A stretch of DNA of 63,670 nucleotides, the filler included, from Hausera hauseri (taxonomy: Eukaryota), in NCBI GenBank assembly GCA_046269625.1. It is 10 parts of 10 records of this genome, joined end to end, with 100 filler letters (N's around TTAATTAATTAA, not from the genome) between each part and the next. Parts side by side here need not be neighbours in the genome. Positions count along the whole stretch, not along the records: positions 1 to 4,782 come from JBJURY010437805.1; positions 4,883 to 10,485 come from JBJURY010222854.1; positions 10,586 to 18,202 come from JBJURY010004569.1; 7 more parts are not named here. The stretch is one strand, 5' to 3'. Positions 1-16,250 of this stretch are shown here, in pieces. How positions within the stretch are numbered: position 1 is the first letter of the stretch; each line of letters opens with the position of its first letter. The notes under the pieces are model-generated. The model was not told where the DNA came from, ran no database searches, and was given only the letters and a program-made list of their open reading frames with translations. The translations under genes and the position numbers were made by a program.

Positions 1-3000
1 TGTATTACCCTACATGGTTTACTGTGCTTGCAATGGTGGCTAGAATTGTATTAGTTTCGGATGTTGTCGTTGTTGATGTCATATTAGGTCTTCTTGTTTT
101 GCTTCTATTATATATGATGCAACTAGCCATTTAGTTCTGTATTGTTCCCATTTGCTTCCGTTCCTGTTTAACTCATCCATAGCTCTTTGTATTGGTTCAG
201 GTAATTCTTTCCATTCTTCAGTATTAGTATAGCCTTTCTGAAATATCCATTTAAGGCAATAGTGGTCTTGTTTCTGTGAGTGTAGGTAATATTCGAATGT
301 ACTAATTCTTTGGCCTTTGAATCGGTTCGAGTATGGTATTCCTTTCTTTATATGAGTGGAACAGTTGTGGGTTACCTTTCAGTTTTGATATTTTTTTACT
401 GTTTTAATTAGGCTGGATTAATTATCATTAGATTTTGCCTGTTGTTGATCTGTTTCTTTCAATAATTGTCCGTCAGACAATTAATCCGATGAATTTTTCA
501 GATAAATTTCGGTCTATACATGTAATCCAACATTTCATTCTCTATTTCTGCGTCATCAGTCGAGGATCCCATCATATTTAGTGTGTCTTGTAGTGCAATT
601 TTGGGTAAAAATTTTTTATTCTCACGAATGGCCTTATCACAGATCTTTGTCTCTACGTATAGAGTTATTCCATAGTACTCGGACTTCTTCCTTTTCCATT
701 TCCCCTGTTTCCTCTTTTCCTATTTCATCTTTTATTGTCATTAGTTGGTTACTTTTTCATTCACTAGTTCTCCACCATAATTTTTGAACAGTCCAATGCA
801 TCTTTCTCCTCACTTCTCAGCCATTTCTTGAGATACGTAAGCTTTGCATAGCGGAGATGTTTGCTGTAATAGAGCAAGTATATTTACAACAGGGATTTAT
901 GGTACTTCTTCTTTTAAAAATTAGTAAAAAAGATTCGCCCTTGTGGGCTTCCTACAAATAAGGGTTTATATCTGATTTTATCTCCGTAAGTCGAATACTG
1001 TCAATTTCCTTTTAATGTAAACATTTTCATAGGCATTCATTAATTCACATATTTGTAGGTCCCTATAAAAAGTACTGGCGCATTGAATCAGTTCTGATGG
1101 GGAGGGTGTATGGGAGCTTTGATTTAATATTGGTTGTATTTTGCAAAATTCTTTTAGGGTCTTTGCTAAATCCTGGTGGTCTAAGTATTTTTCCGTCAGT
1201 TGGGCAATGTATGAGTATTCCTGTGGAGTTTCCATATTATTTGAGGGAAATTCATTTTGTACACAATCTATGTTGTTGAGTGTTTTATGTTTTCTTTTAT
1301 TGAGATTTTCGTTCCAAATGAATACAAGGATATGTTTTATCTTCCAAAATCCATTCTTCTCATCGTCATCCCTCGAAAGTTTACCTAGATAAATAACGGG
1401 AATATCCATAGTTATATTGGAATCCATGTGGGACTCGGGTGTTGAGATGTGGTCTCGACTGCATTTACCATATTAATCATGGATAGGAAGCATAACCCCA
1501 TAAATAATAGCGTTCCAAATGAGAATGAAGAATAGCCTTTTATTACTAAGGATTTTTTTATTTTTCTCATGAAGGTCTTGAAGCTCTTGTTTCGTTTGTA
1601 ATTTCGTCCAGGTATTTANNNNNNNNNNAATACTGCTACATGTAAACTGTTGTTGATCGATTTTAATCCACTGTTCTGGAGGAAGGTTGCTATCTAGCAA
1701 TTGTCCCATTCTTCTGATCCAAGTTCGTTTTACTTCTTCCACTCTATTAATGAGTTCTCGGCCTCCTATATTTAGAACATGGTGTTTGTAGATTTTTAAC
1801 GCTCAGCTGGCGGCTACGTTGTCCTGATGTTAGGATTTTCCTGGGTTGGCTACATCGGGAATTGTGTAATATACCTCCATAACTTATCTTTATTAAAATT
1901 TATCCAGTGGAATTAATGAATTGGAATCCAATTTTAGGTCTTCGCAAAATATTTTTATTATGGGCCTATATTGTTCATCAGTTATCCCTCATATTTCATG
2001 ATATTTACCGAGAAATTTTCTTAATTTTGCTACACTACATGTGGGTCCTTTGACTAGTCGTTGTGCGAAATTAATACGTTCTGGGGTGGCTAGTAGGAAA
2101 TTCTCCAATTGTTGTCGATCTGCAGCCTCTCTGGGTAAAGGCAGTGGTGTTTCTCTTTTCCCTTTTTGTTGGGGTAGTTCAGAAAAATTTTGTTTTTATT
2201 TTTTGGTTTCTTTACATTGTACTTTCTCGGTGCGGTCTGATCTCATTGATCTAAAGCTATTATTTATTGGTAGTTTCATGGTTTCATCAGGCTGACACCT
2301 TTTAATTTCCTCTTTTCGGAGTCTAATATTCTCTTCTGCCTCTTGCAATTTCTTATTTATAGTGGTATAACTTGCAGGTGCCTGGAATTCATTCGCTGTT
2401 TTGGCTCCTGTTAAGTCGAGATAAATAGAAGCTGTTGATACAGGTCTTGATAAGTCTCGTAAAGAGTTTTGTGGCGCCTTCTTCGGAATACTTGTTATGC
2501 TAGATACTGAATAGTTGTTTGTATTAACTAGTAAGGGTAATGGTACTTGTCTCCTTGCATGGTCATTCGAAAAGAGGTTATCTGCTACATCTTCGTCGCT
2601 TCTCATACCACTTTAAAACATATCATATACAGATATCAACAATAGTGCAATTGCACTACTCCAAGAGTTCTTCGTGGTAGTTGTTGAGATTGGTTGGGCG
2701 TTAGCGCATCCAAATATTATAAGTAATATTTAGGTTATCAAGGTTATGGTAGACAAATTAAAAAGATTTCCGAAAGCCATTCCAGGACTACTAGTTGAAG
2801 GTTTATGTATTATTCGAGTTTGCATTATTTTTCGAGCTAGTGTGGATTCTGTATTTTGTTCGGTTATTTGCTTTAACGTAGCATAATTTAGTGAGGGTAA
2901 AACAGTGTCTTCCTCTGGCGCGAACCAACATTAATCATTAGGTTGAGGTTTGTATCTTGGTAACCGTCGCAGATGAATATAACTGATCTTCCAATGACTC

Positions 3001-3354
3001 TGAGTTCTGCTCCAGTCAGCTTACATCTAAACCAACAGTAAGATCAGAATACGACTCTTGTGGGTTGGCATAGCAGATACCATCTATATATTCCATAGTT
3101 AAATCTAATTTTTCACACGCTTCAGGTATTTAATGAGTAATTCGTCTATATAAGCATGAAATTATGCAGGTCAATGGGTTAATGGGAGCGAGTTCTCCAT
3201 TAACATACTTACCGTATACTTTGACCAATACTGGTGTTAAGATAGGATAATCGTTATAACTTTGACGATAATGCATATTATTTAGTAGTTTTAATCTTTT
3301 TATTTTGTCTTCTAATTCGTTTAAGTTTTTTAGGTATTTTTCCAAATCTTTCAT
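1..3354 (-). pseudogene. Broken accessory coding region of unknown function, co-oriented with the RT/PR relic
   Basis: A run of minus-strand ORF pieces (3130-3354, 2196-2606, 1473-1742, 978-1427) with the same A-rich sense-strand bias as the retroelement. No motif recognised. Confidence 0.4.
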
Positions 3355-3360
3355 TTTTCC

Positions 3361-3700
3361 CTATGAATTCGTAGCTACGTCTATTACTATGCCATAATCT
3401 ATTAGCGTATCTCGACCTATAATACAAGGAATTGTAGTATTTTCTAATATGTAATATAGACTTTTTAAACGTTTACCATTCAATTTAGTTAAGGCTATGA
3501 CTACGCCTATTACTTTCAACTGATTTCCGTTTATTAACTTCTGATTTATTTCGATGATTTCGATCAATTTCAATTTTAGAATTTACATCGTAATCTTGCA
3601 TAAGTAATTTATTTCTGCTCCTATATCTATTATTGCTTCTATTTTGACGTTGCTTATGGTTATAGTTGTGGTTACTGTATTGTTCGATCTATCGTCGATG
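3361..3700 (-). pseudogene. Retroviral-type aspartic protease (decayed), located 3' of RT
   Basis: IEAIIDIGAEINYL (a DTGA-like motif with T->I) and C-terminal IIGRDTLIDYGIVID in ORFs 3583-3813 and 3361-3573. Confidence 0.75.
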
Positions 3701-3794
3701 AAAGCAACCATCATATTTTTATTGTACAACTGCATTCTGTTTGGTAATGGATATTTGCAAGGTAGTGCTTGTTTCAATTTACGTTCTTTTGCTA

Positions 3795-4782
3795 TACTTG
3801 CAAAGTTATACACAAATTTACTTTATTAATTAGCCATTTCTAGTAGTCTTTGTAATTCCTTGAGACATTTGGTTGGTTTTAATTTATTAAGTTTCTCCAC
3901 GTTTCTGGGATAAGGTTAAGTTCCTTTACTTGACACTATGTGTCCGGGAAAGGTGATGATATTTTTAGCAAATTTACACTTTTTCAACTTGATTTTTAAA
4001 TGATCCTGTTTCAGTATGTCAAATACTTGTGAAATATCTTTTAAGTGTTGTTCAAAATTTTAAGAAAATATTATTACATCATCTATGTAAACCATACAGC
4101 AAGTAACTCCTTGCATTACAAAATTCATACATCTTTGAAATGTGGCAAATCCTCCTGTGAAGCCAAAGGGCATAACGTTAAATTCCCATAATCCAGTTCC
4201 GGTAGAGAAGGATGTTTTCTGCTTATCTTTTTTGGCAATTTCGTCTTGCCAAAATACACATTGTAAATCTAGGGTGGTGAACATTGCGGCCTTTCATAAG
4301 GCTGCGACCATTTCGTCTATCTTTGGTAATGGGTAATTGTCCATCTTAGTAACATTATTTACTGCTCTAAAGTCTGCACAAAATCGTTTTTCTCCGTATC
4401 TCTTTTGTACCAATACTACTGGAGACGTCCATGGTGATAAACTTGGTCTGATAATACCATGTTCAACCATTTGTGCTATTTGTCCATCACATTCTTCCTT
4501 TTTAACTTCAGTCATTCTACACGGATTTTGTTTAATGCGGTTTTTTGTGATTATATGATGTTGAATAACGTTAGTTCTACCGATGTCATTATCACTCATG
4601 GCTATAATATCTCAATATTTGCAGAATAACTGTAATAATTTTTAGTAGGTATTGACTTGAGTCACCGTCCTTGAATTGGATATTTTCGTTTTCCACTAGT
4701 AATAATCCTGCGCATACCTTAATTGGTTGTAATAGTCCTAGATTCAGGTTTGTCGTAATCTAATTGCCTTTTTATTGATGCT
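3795..4782 (-). mobile_element. Decayed Ty3/Gypsy reverse transcriptase
   Basis: ORFs 4294-4599 and 4060-4284 give GIIRPSLSPWTSPVVLV, RFCADFRAVN, YPLPKIDEM, FTTLDL, EFNVMPFG and VYIDDVIIFS. A thumb-like LQRLLEMAN..SKFVYNFASIAK follows. Stops and frameshifts are present. Confidence 0.93.
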
Positions 4783-4882
4783 NNNNNNNNNNNNNNNNNN
4801 NNNNNNNNNNNNNNNNNNNNNNNNNNTTAATTAATTAANNNNNNNNNNNNNNNNNNNNNNNNNNNNNNNNNNNNNNNNNNNN
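4783..4882. other. Artificial contig-joining spacer (44 N + TTAATTAATTAA + 44 N); repeated at 10486-10585, 18203-18302, 22689-22788, 30654-30753, 35049-35148, 40923-41022, 45470-45569, 59595-59694
   Basis: An identical 100-bp N-padded spacer with stops in all six frames occurs nine times, and sequence content changes abruptly at each one. Confidence 0.97.
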
Positions 4883-7740
<2,858 letters not shown>

Positions 7741-7879
7741 TAACGATCCCTTTTTCTTGCTTTTTACTCATGTTTTTATTCATAACATGTCTGCTGTTGA
7801 CACAACATTGCCCCTTTTAAACATAGCCCTCAGTTGCGGTTGTTATTTCAGGCCCATTTACTTCGATACTTCAGAAACT

Positions 7880-8175
7880 TCAAAACGTTTACGGTTCCCT
7901 AATATTGACAACTATCTGATTTCTAAAGATACTATCCATTCACTTCGTGCAGGTTTGCTGACTTATCGTTCATTACGGAGGCCGTATTTGCCACGTTGCA
8001 AATTAACATGCAAAGGCTTTATAGCAATTGCTGAATATTTTGCTGCTACATTACAGCTAATCAGACTTGATTTAAAAGAATATAACATAAAGACAGCAGG
8101 CCTTATTGCTATTCCTCACCTTATGAGAATAAATATATGTCTAACTAGATTGGACATTTTCCGACCCCTAAACGT
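7880..8175 (+). pseudogene. Leucine-rich-repeat fragment resembling protein phosphatase 1 regulatory subunit 37 (LRRC68)
   Basis: GLLTYRSLRRPYLPRCKLTCKGFIAIAEYFAATLQLIRLDLKEYNIKTAGLIAIPHLMRINICLTRLDI parallels the remembered PPP1R37 segment (KLTCEGAVAVAEFIA…LLRLDLRENEIKTGGLMAL…VNHSLLRLDL). Only a fragment is present. Confidence 0.65.
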
Positions 8176-8564
8176 GATAGAGGTTATACCTATTCGTTGT
8201 TAAAGATTCTCCACAGTACGCATAACAAAGCTGTTGAGTTCCGAGTACATCACAGCGTGATCGACTGCCCAACCGGTTGTCCAATGTCAGTCGGTGCTAC
8301 GCTACGGTCCGTTGCGTCACCACTAGGGCCAACACCAACACTTTCTTTTTTATTCTTCTTAAATAATCACCATTTTCTCACACTCGATACAACGTATTTT
8401 ATAGACACACATTACTTGCACAAATATGTGCTACACTTTGCTAATTTCCCTGATTTTTACCTCACTTACAACAACTAACCTGTAATTAATGTCAATTTTC
8501 GCAACCTTTTGCGCTTTCATCCCGTTATGTCATTATTCACGTACACATTCGCATTCGTGGTGGC

Positions 8565-10485
8565 ATGGAATCTTCGCCCATCATTGACATTACTGGCAAA
8601 ACTACCTCTAAACCATCAACTTTCACTTTTCACCAAAAATCAACGACCGTAACAACGCCATCTACTTTCACCACTTATACACCTTCCATCCTGCCATCCA
8701 AAGACATTTCTTTTCAGTGCACAGAATACTTTATTGATTACGAAAAGTCCAGCAAAACCTGGCTTAACTTTCACAAACTCTGGCTACAGTCTAACAAAAT
8801 TACCGATCCATCTGCCAAAGCTCATAGTTTACTTTGTCTCTTACCAAACACAGTAAAAACTTCCCATCACGATATTTTAGACATATTTCAACAATCCGAC
8901 CCGTACACCCATCTCTATAATTCAGTTTTAAAACTCACGGAACCGTCTATGGATTCCATAATCCATAGATTCTTCAATTGTAATGCTATGGGTACGCAAA
9001 AACCATCCGATTTTCTCAGATTGTCTCTCGCTCAACTGAAAACTCTCGGAGTTACCAAACAAAATAATTCCGATCTCTTATGACGTTAGTTTCTAAAAGC
9101 ATTACCGATCCAGATCAGAGCTCTGCATACCGTCGTCGAGAAATCGACGACGCTGGATAAATTAGCCGTATTTGCGGACAAAAACTATTAGATATTACAT
9201 CTGAACACTCAACCTATCATTTCCGCAGCATTTACAGCAAACGATAACACACTAAAATATCAAATACAACAGTTGCGGGCCGAAAACGCAGCCCTATATA
9301 ATACAATAAACAATATCAATGATAGATTAAATGAAATGTCTTTGCCTCAACAAAAGAGTTCCACCTCCGATCGCACACGCTCTGTAACCAGAGGTCGGTC
9401 ACCGTCTCTTGCGCGATCGCTGATCTGCTTCTACCATGATAGGTTTGCTCGTAAAGCACAAAAATGTCATCTCGGGTGCCGTTTTTACACCCACTTGTAC
9501 CAAGTTAACAACCCTATTTGCATCTACTACGCAAAATTTAAGAATGAGAACATATAAGTGTATTCCTGGTTGTACCTTTAGAAGCAGCGCACGGCATACA
9601 AACGTCGGACGTACTGTCTTATCTTTTAACAGCCGCCCAAGTTCACCACTGCCAAAAAACTAATTCCACCTCCAGTGCTTACGGCGAGTCCTGGCGAAGG
9701 CCATTCTTCAATTTCTACCAGCCAAAAACTTTCTTTCGCCGTATTTACCGTAAAAGCAATAACTACGTTACCCACAACTCACCACATAGATTTCCTCATC
9801 GATTCATGTGCAGCGATTTCTTTAGTGCCACTCACCTTTCCAACTCAACGCACCTAATTCAACAATAAATCTCTTTTTACAGCTTCCGGACAATCGCTAC
9901 ATGTTTCTGGTGCATTCAGGCATTCTTTTACCCTTCCGAAATTTACTTTAATGTTTCACTGGACGTTTACTGTTGCAAATGTCCAGACAGCCATTTTAGT
10001 ATCCTATTTTATTTCGCACTATAACCTCCTCGTCGATTGCAAACAACGTTGCATAACAAGTGGTTGCAATAAGAAGCGATTCGATCACGTTGATACCATT
10101 TCGTCTGTCGTGCAGGTGAATGCAAGTCGAAAACCTATATTAAAAAAACCTTCGAATAAACCTTTTTCTTACAATCATGGTACCTTGTTTTATAAATTAC
10201 TAAAGAACAATATTACTGACGATTCGGGTTTGCACGGCGATGAGAGTGATTCCGTTACCACTGCCAAATCATTAGATAAAACTATCAGCTACAATACCAT
10301 CTTCGATACTACCATCCCGAATCGAATACCACTTCATTTTAGATCAAATAATGTCCAAATTGCAACAGTTACCGATAAAACCACCTCGCTACCACCAAAC
10401 GTTTCACAATTACCTGCAAGTCTGCAGCAATTCATTAACGTATCCTGTTCTAGGATAATTAAAAAAGACAAGTCTTTTACTCCAG
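8565..10485 (+). mobile_element. Decayed Ty3/Gypsy gag-protease (CsRn1/Mag-like gag with CxYH…C…C motif)
   Basis: Gag-like DPYTHL…MGTQKPSDFLR, the motif CFYHDRFARKAQKCHLGC, protease FLIDSCAAISLVP, and WTFTVANVQTAILVSYFISHYNLLVD. In-frame stops are present; the element is cut by the spacer. Confidence 0.8.
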
Positions 10486-10601
10486 NNNNNNNNNNNNNNN
10501 NNNNNNNNNNNNNNNNNNNNNNNNNNNNNTTAATTAATTAANNNNNNNNNNNNNNNNNNNNNNNNNNNNNNNNNNNNNNNNNNNNAGTATACAAATTAAT
10601 A

Positions 10602-10756
10602 AGTAGATAATAAAATCTGAAATTCAATTTGATATCTAATTAATTATCTATTGATTTTTGTATTACTGACAATTATGAGTAGATAATAAAATCTGAAATT
10701 CAATTTGATATCTAATTAATTATCCATTGATTTTTGTATTACTGACAATTATGAGT
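10602..10756. repeat. Tandem duplication, 2 x 76 bp, in the intron upstream of the first visible COPG exon
   Basis: AGTAGATAATAAAATCTGAAATTC…CTGACAATTATG repeated with one mismatch. Confidence 0.9.
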
Positions 10757-10777
10757 AATGCATGTATTGCTAATCAG

Positions 10778-11739
10778 CAAAGGACGCCACAAATACAGCG
10801 GTAGTTACCGCCCGACTCCAGGAGAAGTACATCGAAGAATTATCGAGAATCCCGATGTTTGCCAAGTTAGGTCCATTGTTCAAGTCCAGCTCGGTGGTGC
10901 AACTGATGGAGGAAGACATTTGTGTGACTTGTATAAAACACGTTTACCAGAACTACGTCGTTGTGCAGGTACAACATTTGTACAGATATAACCGATATTC
11001 CCGACATGCATTCAGTACAATTGTGTGAATACGATGAAGAACTTACTGTTACAGAATGTCGAGGTGGACCTCGGTGCCGATGGAATGGAGTGTGAGGGAT
11101 GTATCCGATGTGATAAATTGGAGTATGACGTTGTCGGTAAGGTTTATGCATTGCTCCGGTTTTCCGATCCGCTGGTCTGTATGGCTTCGGTGGAGAGTAA
11201 ACTGCTGTTCCAGGTGACGGAATTGTGTTCCGATGGAGAAGAATCGAATCAATATGATGATGATTATCCGGTAACAATTGTTTTCTTTATTTAATTAATT
11301 AAATTATTATCACCCCTTCAGCTGGATAATCTGGAAATAACAATGGCCGACAACATTGTAAAAGTACTGAAACCAAATTTTGATGTCGCATGGGCAGAAT
11401 TGACCGAAAACTGTCAACAAGAAGTAGCCTTATCGTACGATAGCATTAATTCTGTCGAAGGTCTGTTGAAACAGATTGTGTCCGACTATTTATCCCCATT
11501 CAGATATGGTAAAGAAACTCGACGAATTCGGATTCCAGGCATGTGACGGCACTGGTAAAGTTGATGCTGGTCGGTCATCACACACGTTACTGTTGGCTGG
11601 CACCTTCCGTGGTGGATACGATGTGCTTATTACGTGTAAGATTGTCAAGGGTATCCAGTCGCATGGTGTCAATGTTCAGTACCAGCTGCGATGTAAGGAT
11701 AGTGAAGTGACGTCAATGATTTTGGAGGCACTTAGTTAA
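10778..11739 (+). CDS. COPG: Coatomer subunit gamma, C-terminal appendage domains (last four exons: 10778-10968, 11016-11270, 11322-11460, 11504-11739)
   Basis: The spliced translation gives LGPLFKSS…CIKHVY, YNCVNTMKNLLLQNV, YDDDYP-LDNLEITMAD, PNFDVAW and HTLLLAGTFRGGYDVL. GT-AG introns of 47, 51 and 43 bp keep the frame. Confidence 0.9.
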
Positions 11740-12444
11740 CTTGGACAAAAATGATGACAATGACGACGACGGCCGTGTAATAATCGTATGCGGATGTTTA
11801 ATGGATCTTTATTAAATGTGTTGCGTCTTATTTTTTGTAACGTTGTATGTGTGCGTTCGTACAAGGGAGGGTGGATTATGTATTATTTTGATATTTAACG
11901 ACTTTCTCTCTAACTGCATTGAACGACTCCATGAAATATTCTTCCGCAACAATTTATCATTTCTCATACTTCAACGCTTAGTTCCTTTCAAATTTCTTGT
12001 TCTTTCTGGAACAACAACAATTGAGAAAACATGGGATTAGCATTTGAAATTTAGCATGAAAATTTTCATAAATATACGGTAAAATTATTTTCCAAATCTG
12101 CTGGACAAATGACAGTTTATTCGTTACATGTCAACATAATTAGTATTCAAACAACAGAATGGAATAAATTTCATCGAAATAACCAGTACCAACATAAGTG
12201 AGTAATACTCTATAACAACAGTGCCAATACATTTGCCATCTAAATTGGAGTACAATTCTAGTATGAGTGACAGTTTCAGATTAAATGTCTCCATTATCAT
12301 TGATACTGACTTTCTGAAGTAGATTTGGAGTACAATTGTTGACGTTATATGAATGGCAAATTTTTATGTCTATACCCGAGGTGGTGCGCAGATAAAATTA
12401 AGAAAAAGTTTATTTATAAAAATATTCAAGAAGCACGAGATTTA

Positions 12445-15272
12445 TCATTGCCGATTGACGGCGAGCCATGCCGGTAACGAACGGTAATTGTACGAGAGCA
12501 GAAGGTCAACGAGTCGTTTGTTGCTGTCGAGGAAATACCGATGGAGATAATCGGCAGCTCGCGGATCCATACTGGCATAACGACGTCCCTTGCCGCTACC
12601 CAGACAGTCTGCACGTCCATCCATCTTACGTACGCAGTAGAATTTCTTTGTCGGACTGTAGATCAGTTTGTCAGTGTAGTCAATGGTCACCGTTACCGGC
12701 AATAACGTCTGCAGTCCGTTGAACAATCCGATGGGGTTTGTACGCAACTGATCAGCATCAATTAGGATAATCTGAATGAGAGATGATGGGTTATCATCAG
12801 ACGCTGATGACGTACGTTATTTGGTGAGAAATGTGCCAACCACTGACGAAGATGAATGTCGTACATGCCGGGTATGAGGCACCGCTGACGTAGATGAATC
12901 AATGCAGTATCAGTAGTGTTTGTAGTCGTGATAACATCATAGAATGAGTATGCCAATGCGGTAGGGTCATTGTGTGCGTACATGTGCTAAATATGCATGT
13001 GTGTGTGTCAGTAGGTGAGTAATGCAGTAATATCATTTATTACCTGATACCAGGAATAGGCACGTAATGCAGGGTCCATCAACACAATGATCACCTTACC
13101 ATTCGGTAACAAACTACGAGCCTGCAGCGGTGCCATGGGGTCATCAAAATACGTCGCAGATTTATCAAAGAACACAGAACGAGCCCGTACCCCCTGACGA
13201 CGTTGGAACAATCCCATATACCACTCAATGCCGTTGTTAACGTACCGGCGACTACCGAAAAACTGCGGCTCCTCAAACGTATCGGTCAAAGGGACATTGG
13301 CAACGAGTTGCGGATGGAGAGTGAGAAATTTGTGGAGTGCCGTCGTGCCAGTCTTCTGTGGACCGACGATAAGAAACGACGGCAATGCTGTACAATCGTA
13401 TGTAGCCGGCAGAAGATCGACATGTCGTCGATACGCACAAGGATGAGTCCAGAGTGGTTGTCGATAATGTGGATTGTCGGTGAAGTAAAGTGCAGCGAGT
13501 TGAGTCGGTGACCGATGACGCAATTGCAAATTGGTGTAGCAATCAATAAACCGGAACAATCCATCGAACGTGTACGTACCGAGTCGATCAGCACCGTAAT
13601 TGGAGAAATGAGTCATAAACACGTTAATTCTGTTGTAGAGCACTGTCATAAACAACTGTCCGCCAACAATCGACTCATCCAATTGCCGACGACCACGAGG
13701 ATACTTATCCAAATACATCGTATGCGTAAATATGCCGCACGTCTGTCGTGGTAACACGGACACGTTACGATAGACAAATCCCCGCCGTTTACGTGCCGGA
13801 TTCAATTGCGGATATTCCTCCGTCGACGTCACCGACACATTCCACAATTGCCTCCATAACGTATACAACGTATCGTACGTCGGATAAACACCGGAATGGA
13901 ACGGCGCAACGGCATAATTCGTCGACGTATTCAATGCCAATTGACGGGCAAATTGTACATTCTGCCGAATTTCCTGCGCAAGTTTACTTGCCGACAGAGT
14001 GTGCGGTTTCTTGTGTGACCACATGTGGGGAAACCACGTGAACAAATCCTTTTGTCGGATGATCATTTCATCGGCATCGTTCTCCACAGCGTTGCCACTT
14101 TTGTAATAGAATCCACTGAATCCCAAATTGAATCGGAATTCGTTGACGAAATTCGCCGCCCATTCTCGCTGATGGCGAACAAGCGAGTCAACATCGGCTG
14201 GTGTCATCCGTGTACCGGATTTGCCGACAAAAATGTCGTCAATATCAATTTGCACGTAGCGCACCAAATCGTACTGCGGTAGATGGCAGAAGTAGCGCAG
14301 AGAATCCATAAAAATCACGAGAGAAGTCCAGAAGGATAAATCGATGCCGAATATTATTTTACGAATTCCATCATGTCGACCGGCATCTCGCACAATCAAC
14401 GGTTTGTAGATAACGTCATTTTGCGGACTATCAACGATATTTTCTGTTGTAAATTCCGTGGATTCGTGACTGGCAAATGCTAGAAACTCGTATCCATCTG
14501 CAGTGGTTGGCACGATGAAATTCCCCATGAAATTCGCTGGAACGATTTTCCCCAATTTCATAACGTACAGAAAACTTTCGTATTTCGTCGTAAACACCTG
14601 CCGTACGGTAAATGGACGCATAACGACCAACGGCAGCGACGAGATCTGCACAACATCGGCATTCGATGTGACACCTGCAATGATCGGCACAGAATAATTG
14701 CGACAAAATGCAGAGAGCATTCCATCTCGTGACGAATCCAAATGATAAAACGACAGCAAATCATCAACGACAAACAGCGAATACGAACTAAGGAAATCTA
14801 CTGAAGAAATGTCCGCCAATTTCACCAACGTAATACGATCGAATTTTAAATGCAAACTTTCCAAAATAACAACGATAGAATTAGATAATGATTTCACCCG
14901 GCTGCTGATCAGCAATATTCTTTTTCGTGTCGAATTTCCATTGCAATTCAACTGAATATTGTTCGACAAATCACCCAAATGGGATTTCTGAAAACTGAGA
15001 TCATGACTAACACAATTCACTTCCAACTGTTGCTGCAATGTTGAATGCAATGATAGGGACGACCGACTGTGATGATTTTCCATTATAAAAATGATCCACA
15101 AAAACGATAACAAACTAAATAAAATACTTATTTTACAAAAGTAATCTTTGCGTTCAGATATCGTCTCAATAATCGTCTGATCATGAAATAAAATGTGAGA
15201 TCTTTTCGATTCTTTCAAAATAAAATGCTGTGAAAATAAAATTAGAACTTCCCATAAATTAAAAAACAACAT
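12445..15272 (-). CDS. NDST: Bifunctional heparan sulfate N-deacetylase/N-sulfotransferase (exons 15272-13044, 12986-12816, 12771-12445)
   Basis: N-terminal TM segment, DIDDIFVG, WFPHMWSH, YAVAPFHSGVYP, STEEYP, FMTHFSNYG, PAPS-binding GPQKTGTTAL, FDKSATYF, RAYSWYQ-H and CLGSGKGRRY. Introns of 57 and 44 bp; exact start codon uncertain. Confidence 0.95.
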
Positions 15273-16250
15273 GTTTCGGAAAATGACATTTTGTGTGTGA
15301 AACCTATGAAGTCTATATGTAGTGTAAATTACAGTTTAATATTTCCATGCGTGACGTCTAAATTCAGCATATAATAAAGAGTTTTTTGTATTCACCTAAG
15401 CTTCGGTATTTTTGAGTTTTGCACCCATAAACTCTTCGTTCTCTATATTTTTGTAATTCTCACTTTTGAATGAAGATCACATTGTCCTAAATATACAAAA
15501 AGATATTAGAGAAAAGCAAACAACACAATATTTGTATGACACCTTTCAATCTCATTTCAAAACAATTTTTTCAAATTTATACGTCAATATTACATAATAT
15601 TGTAATTACATCACATGTTTACATAAAATACTTGTAAGTACCACGAATGAAAAAAAAGTCCCAATAGTCGAGGCAATTAAAACATAGCCACAGAAAAACA
15701 CTGTAGAACTATTCATTGAAACTTGATAATTAAATGCAATAAACGAAACAGCAACAGTTGGAGTTCTAGTGGAAAATTTCCATCAAATTCACACAGTGAC
15801 GAACAATTGTTTACTAATTTATTAGGATGTCTAATAACACCAGTGTTATCATCATTATTACAATAGTTACAATACATTGGAAATAAACTCCTTTCATTGG
15901 TTTGGTGAAACGTGACTATACGATTGTGAGAAATACTAGAACAAAAGATATGATGATGTACCGCAGCTATGGACTCACAATAGAAACCGGTTTATGAATA
16001 ATCGTGTACATTACAACATGTTTGCAAAACAACTACTAATAACCAAATATTAGTTTTTATTGCCTTGTTACTAAAATTAATTGACCAATTCCAAATGGCT
16101 ATTGTATTTTCTCGACTAGTAAAATTTCATTTGACACACACAGACGTAATCTATTTTTATAGTCTAGTGAGGCATTGCTTTTTAAATTCTCTTTCAGTTC
16201 TGTGGATGAGTCATGAATATTGATTATCTGAGAATGTTTGACACGATCCC

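Noticed and set aside
4827-4838. TTAATTAATTAA as a recurring biological motif, and ORFs running through the N blocks
   Set aside because: It is the centre of an artificial spacer. ORFs containing X runs are truncated at contig ends, and cross-spacer gene neighbourhoods are not real.
11291-11302. TTAATTAATTAA without flanking Ns
   Set aside because: It lies inside a 51-bp AT-rich COPG intron with the frame conserved on both sides, so it is a chance match and not a join.
13091-14773. Numerous short ORFs overlapping NDST on both strands
   Set aside because: Shadow frames of a relatively GC-rich real exon, with no independent motifs.
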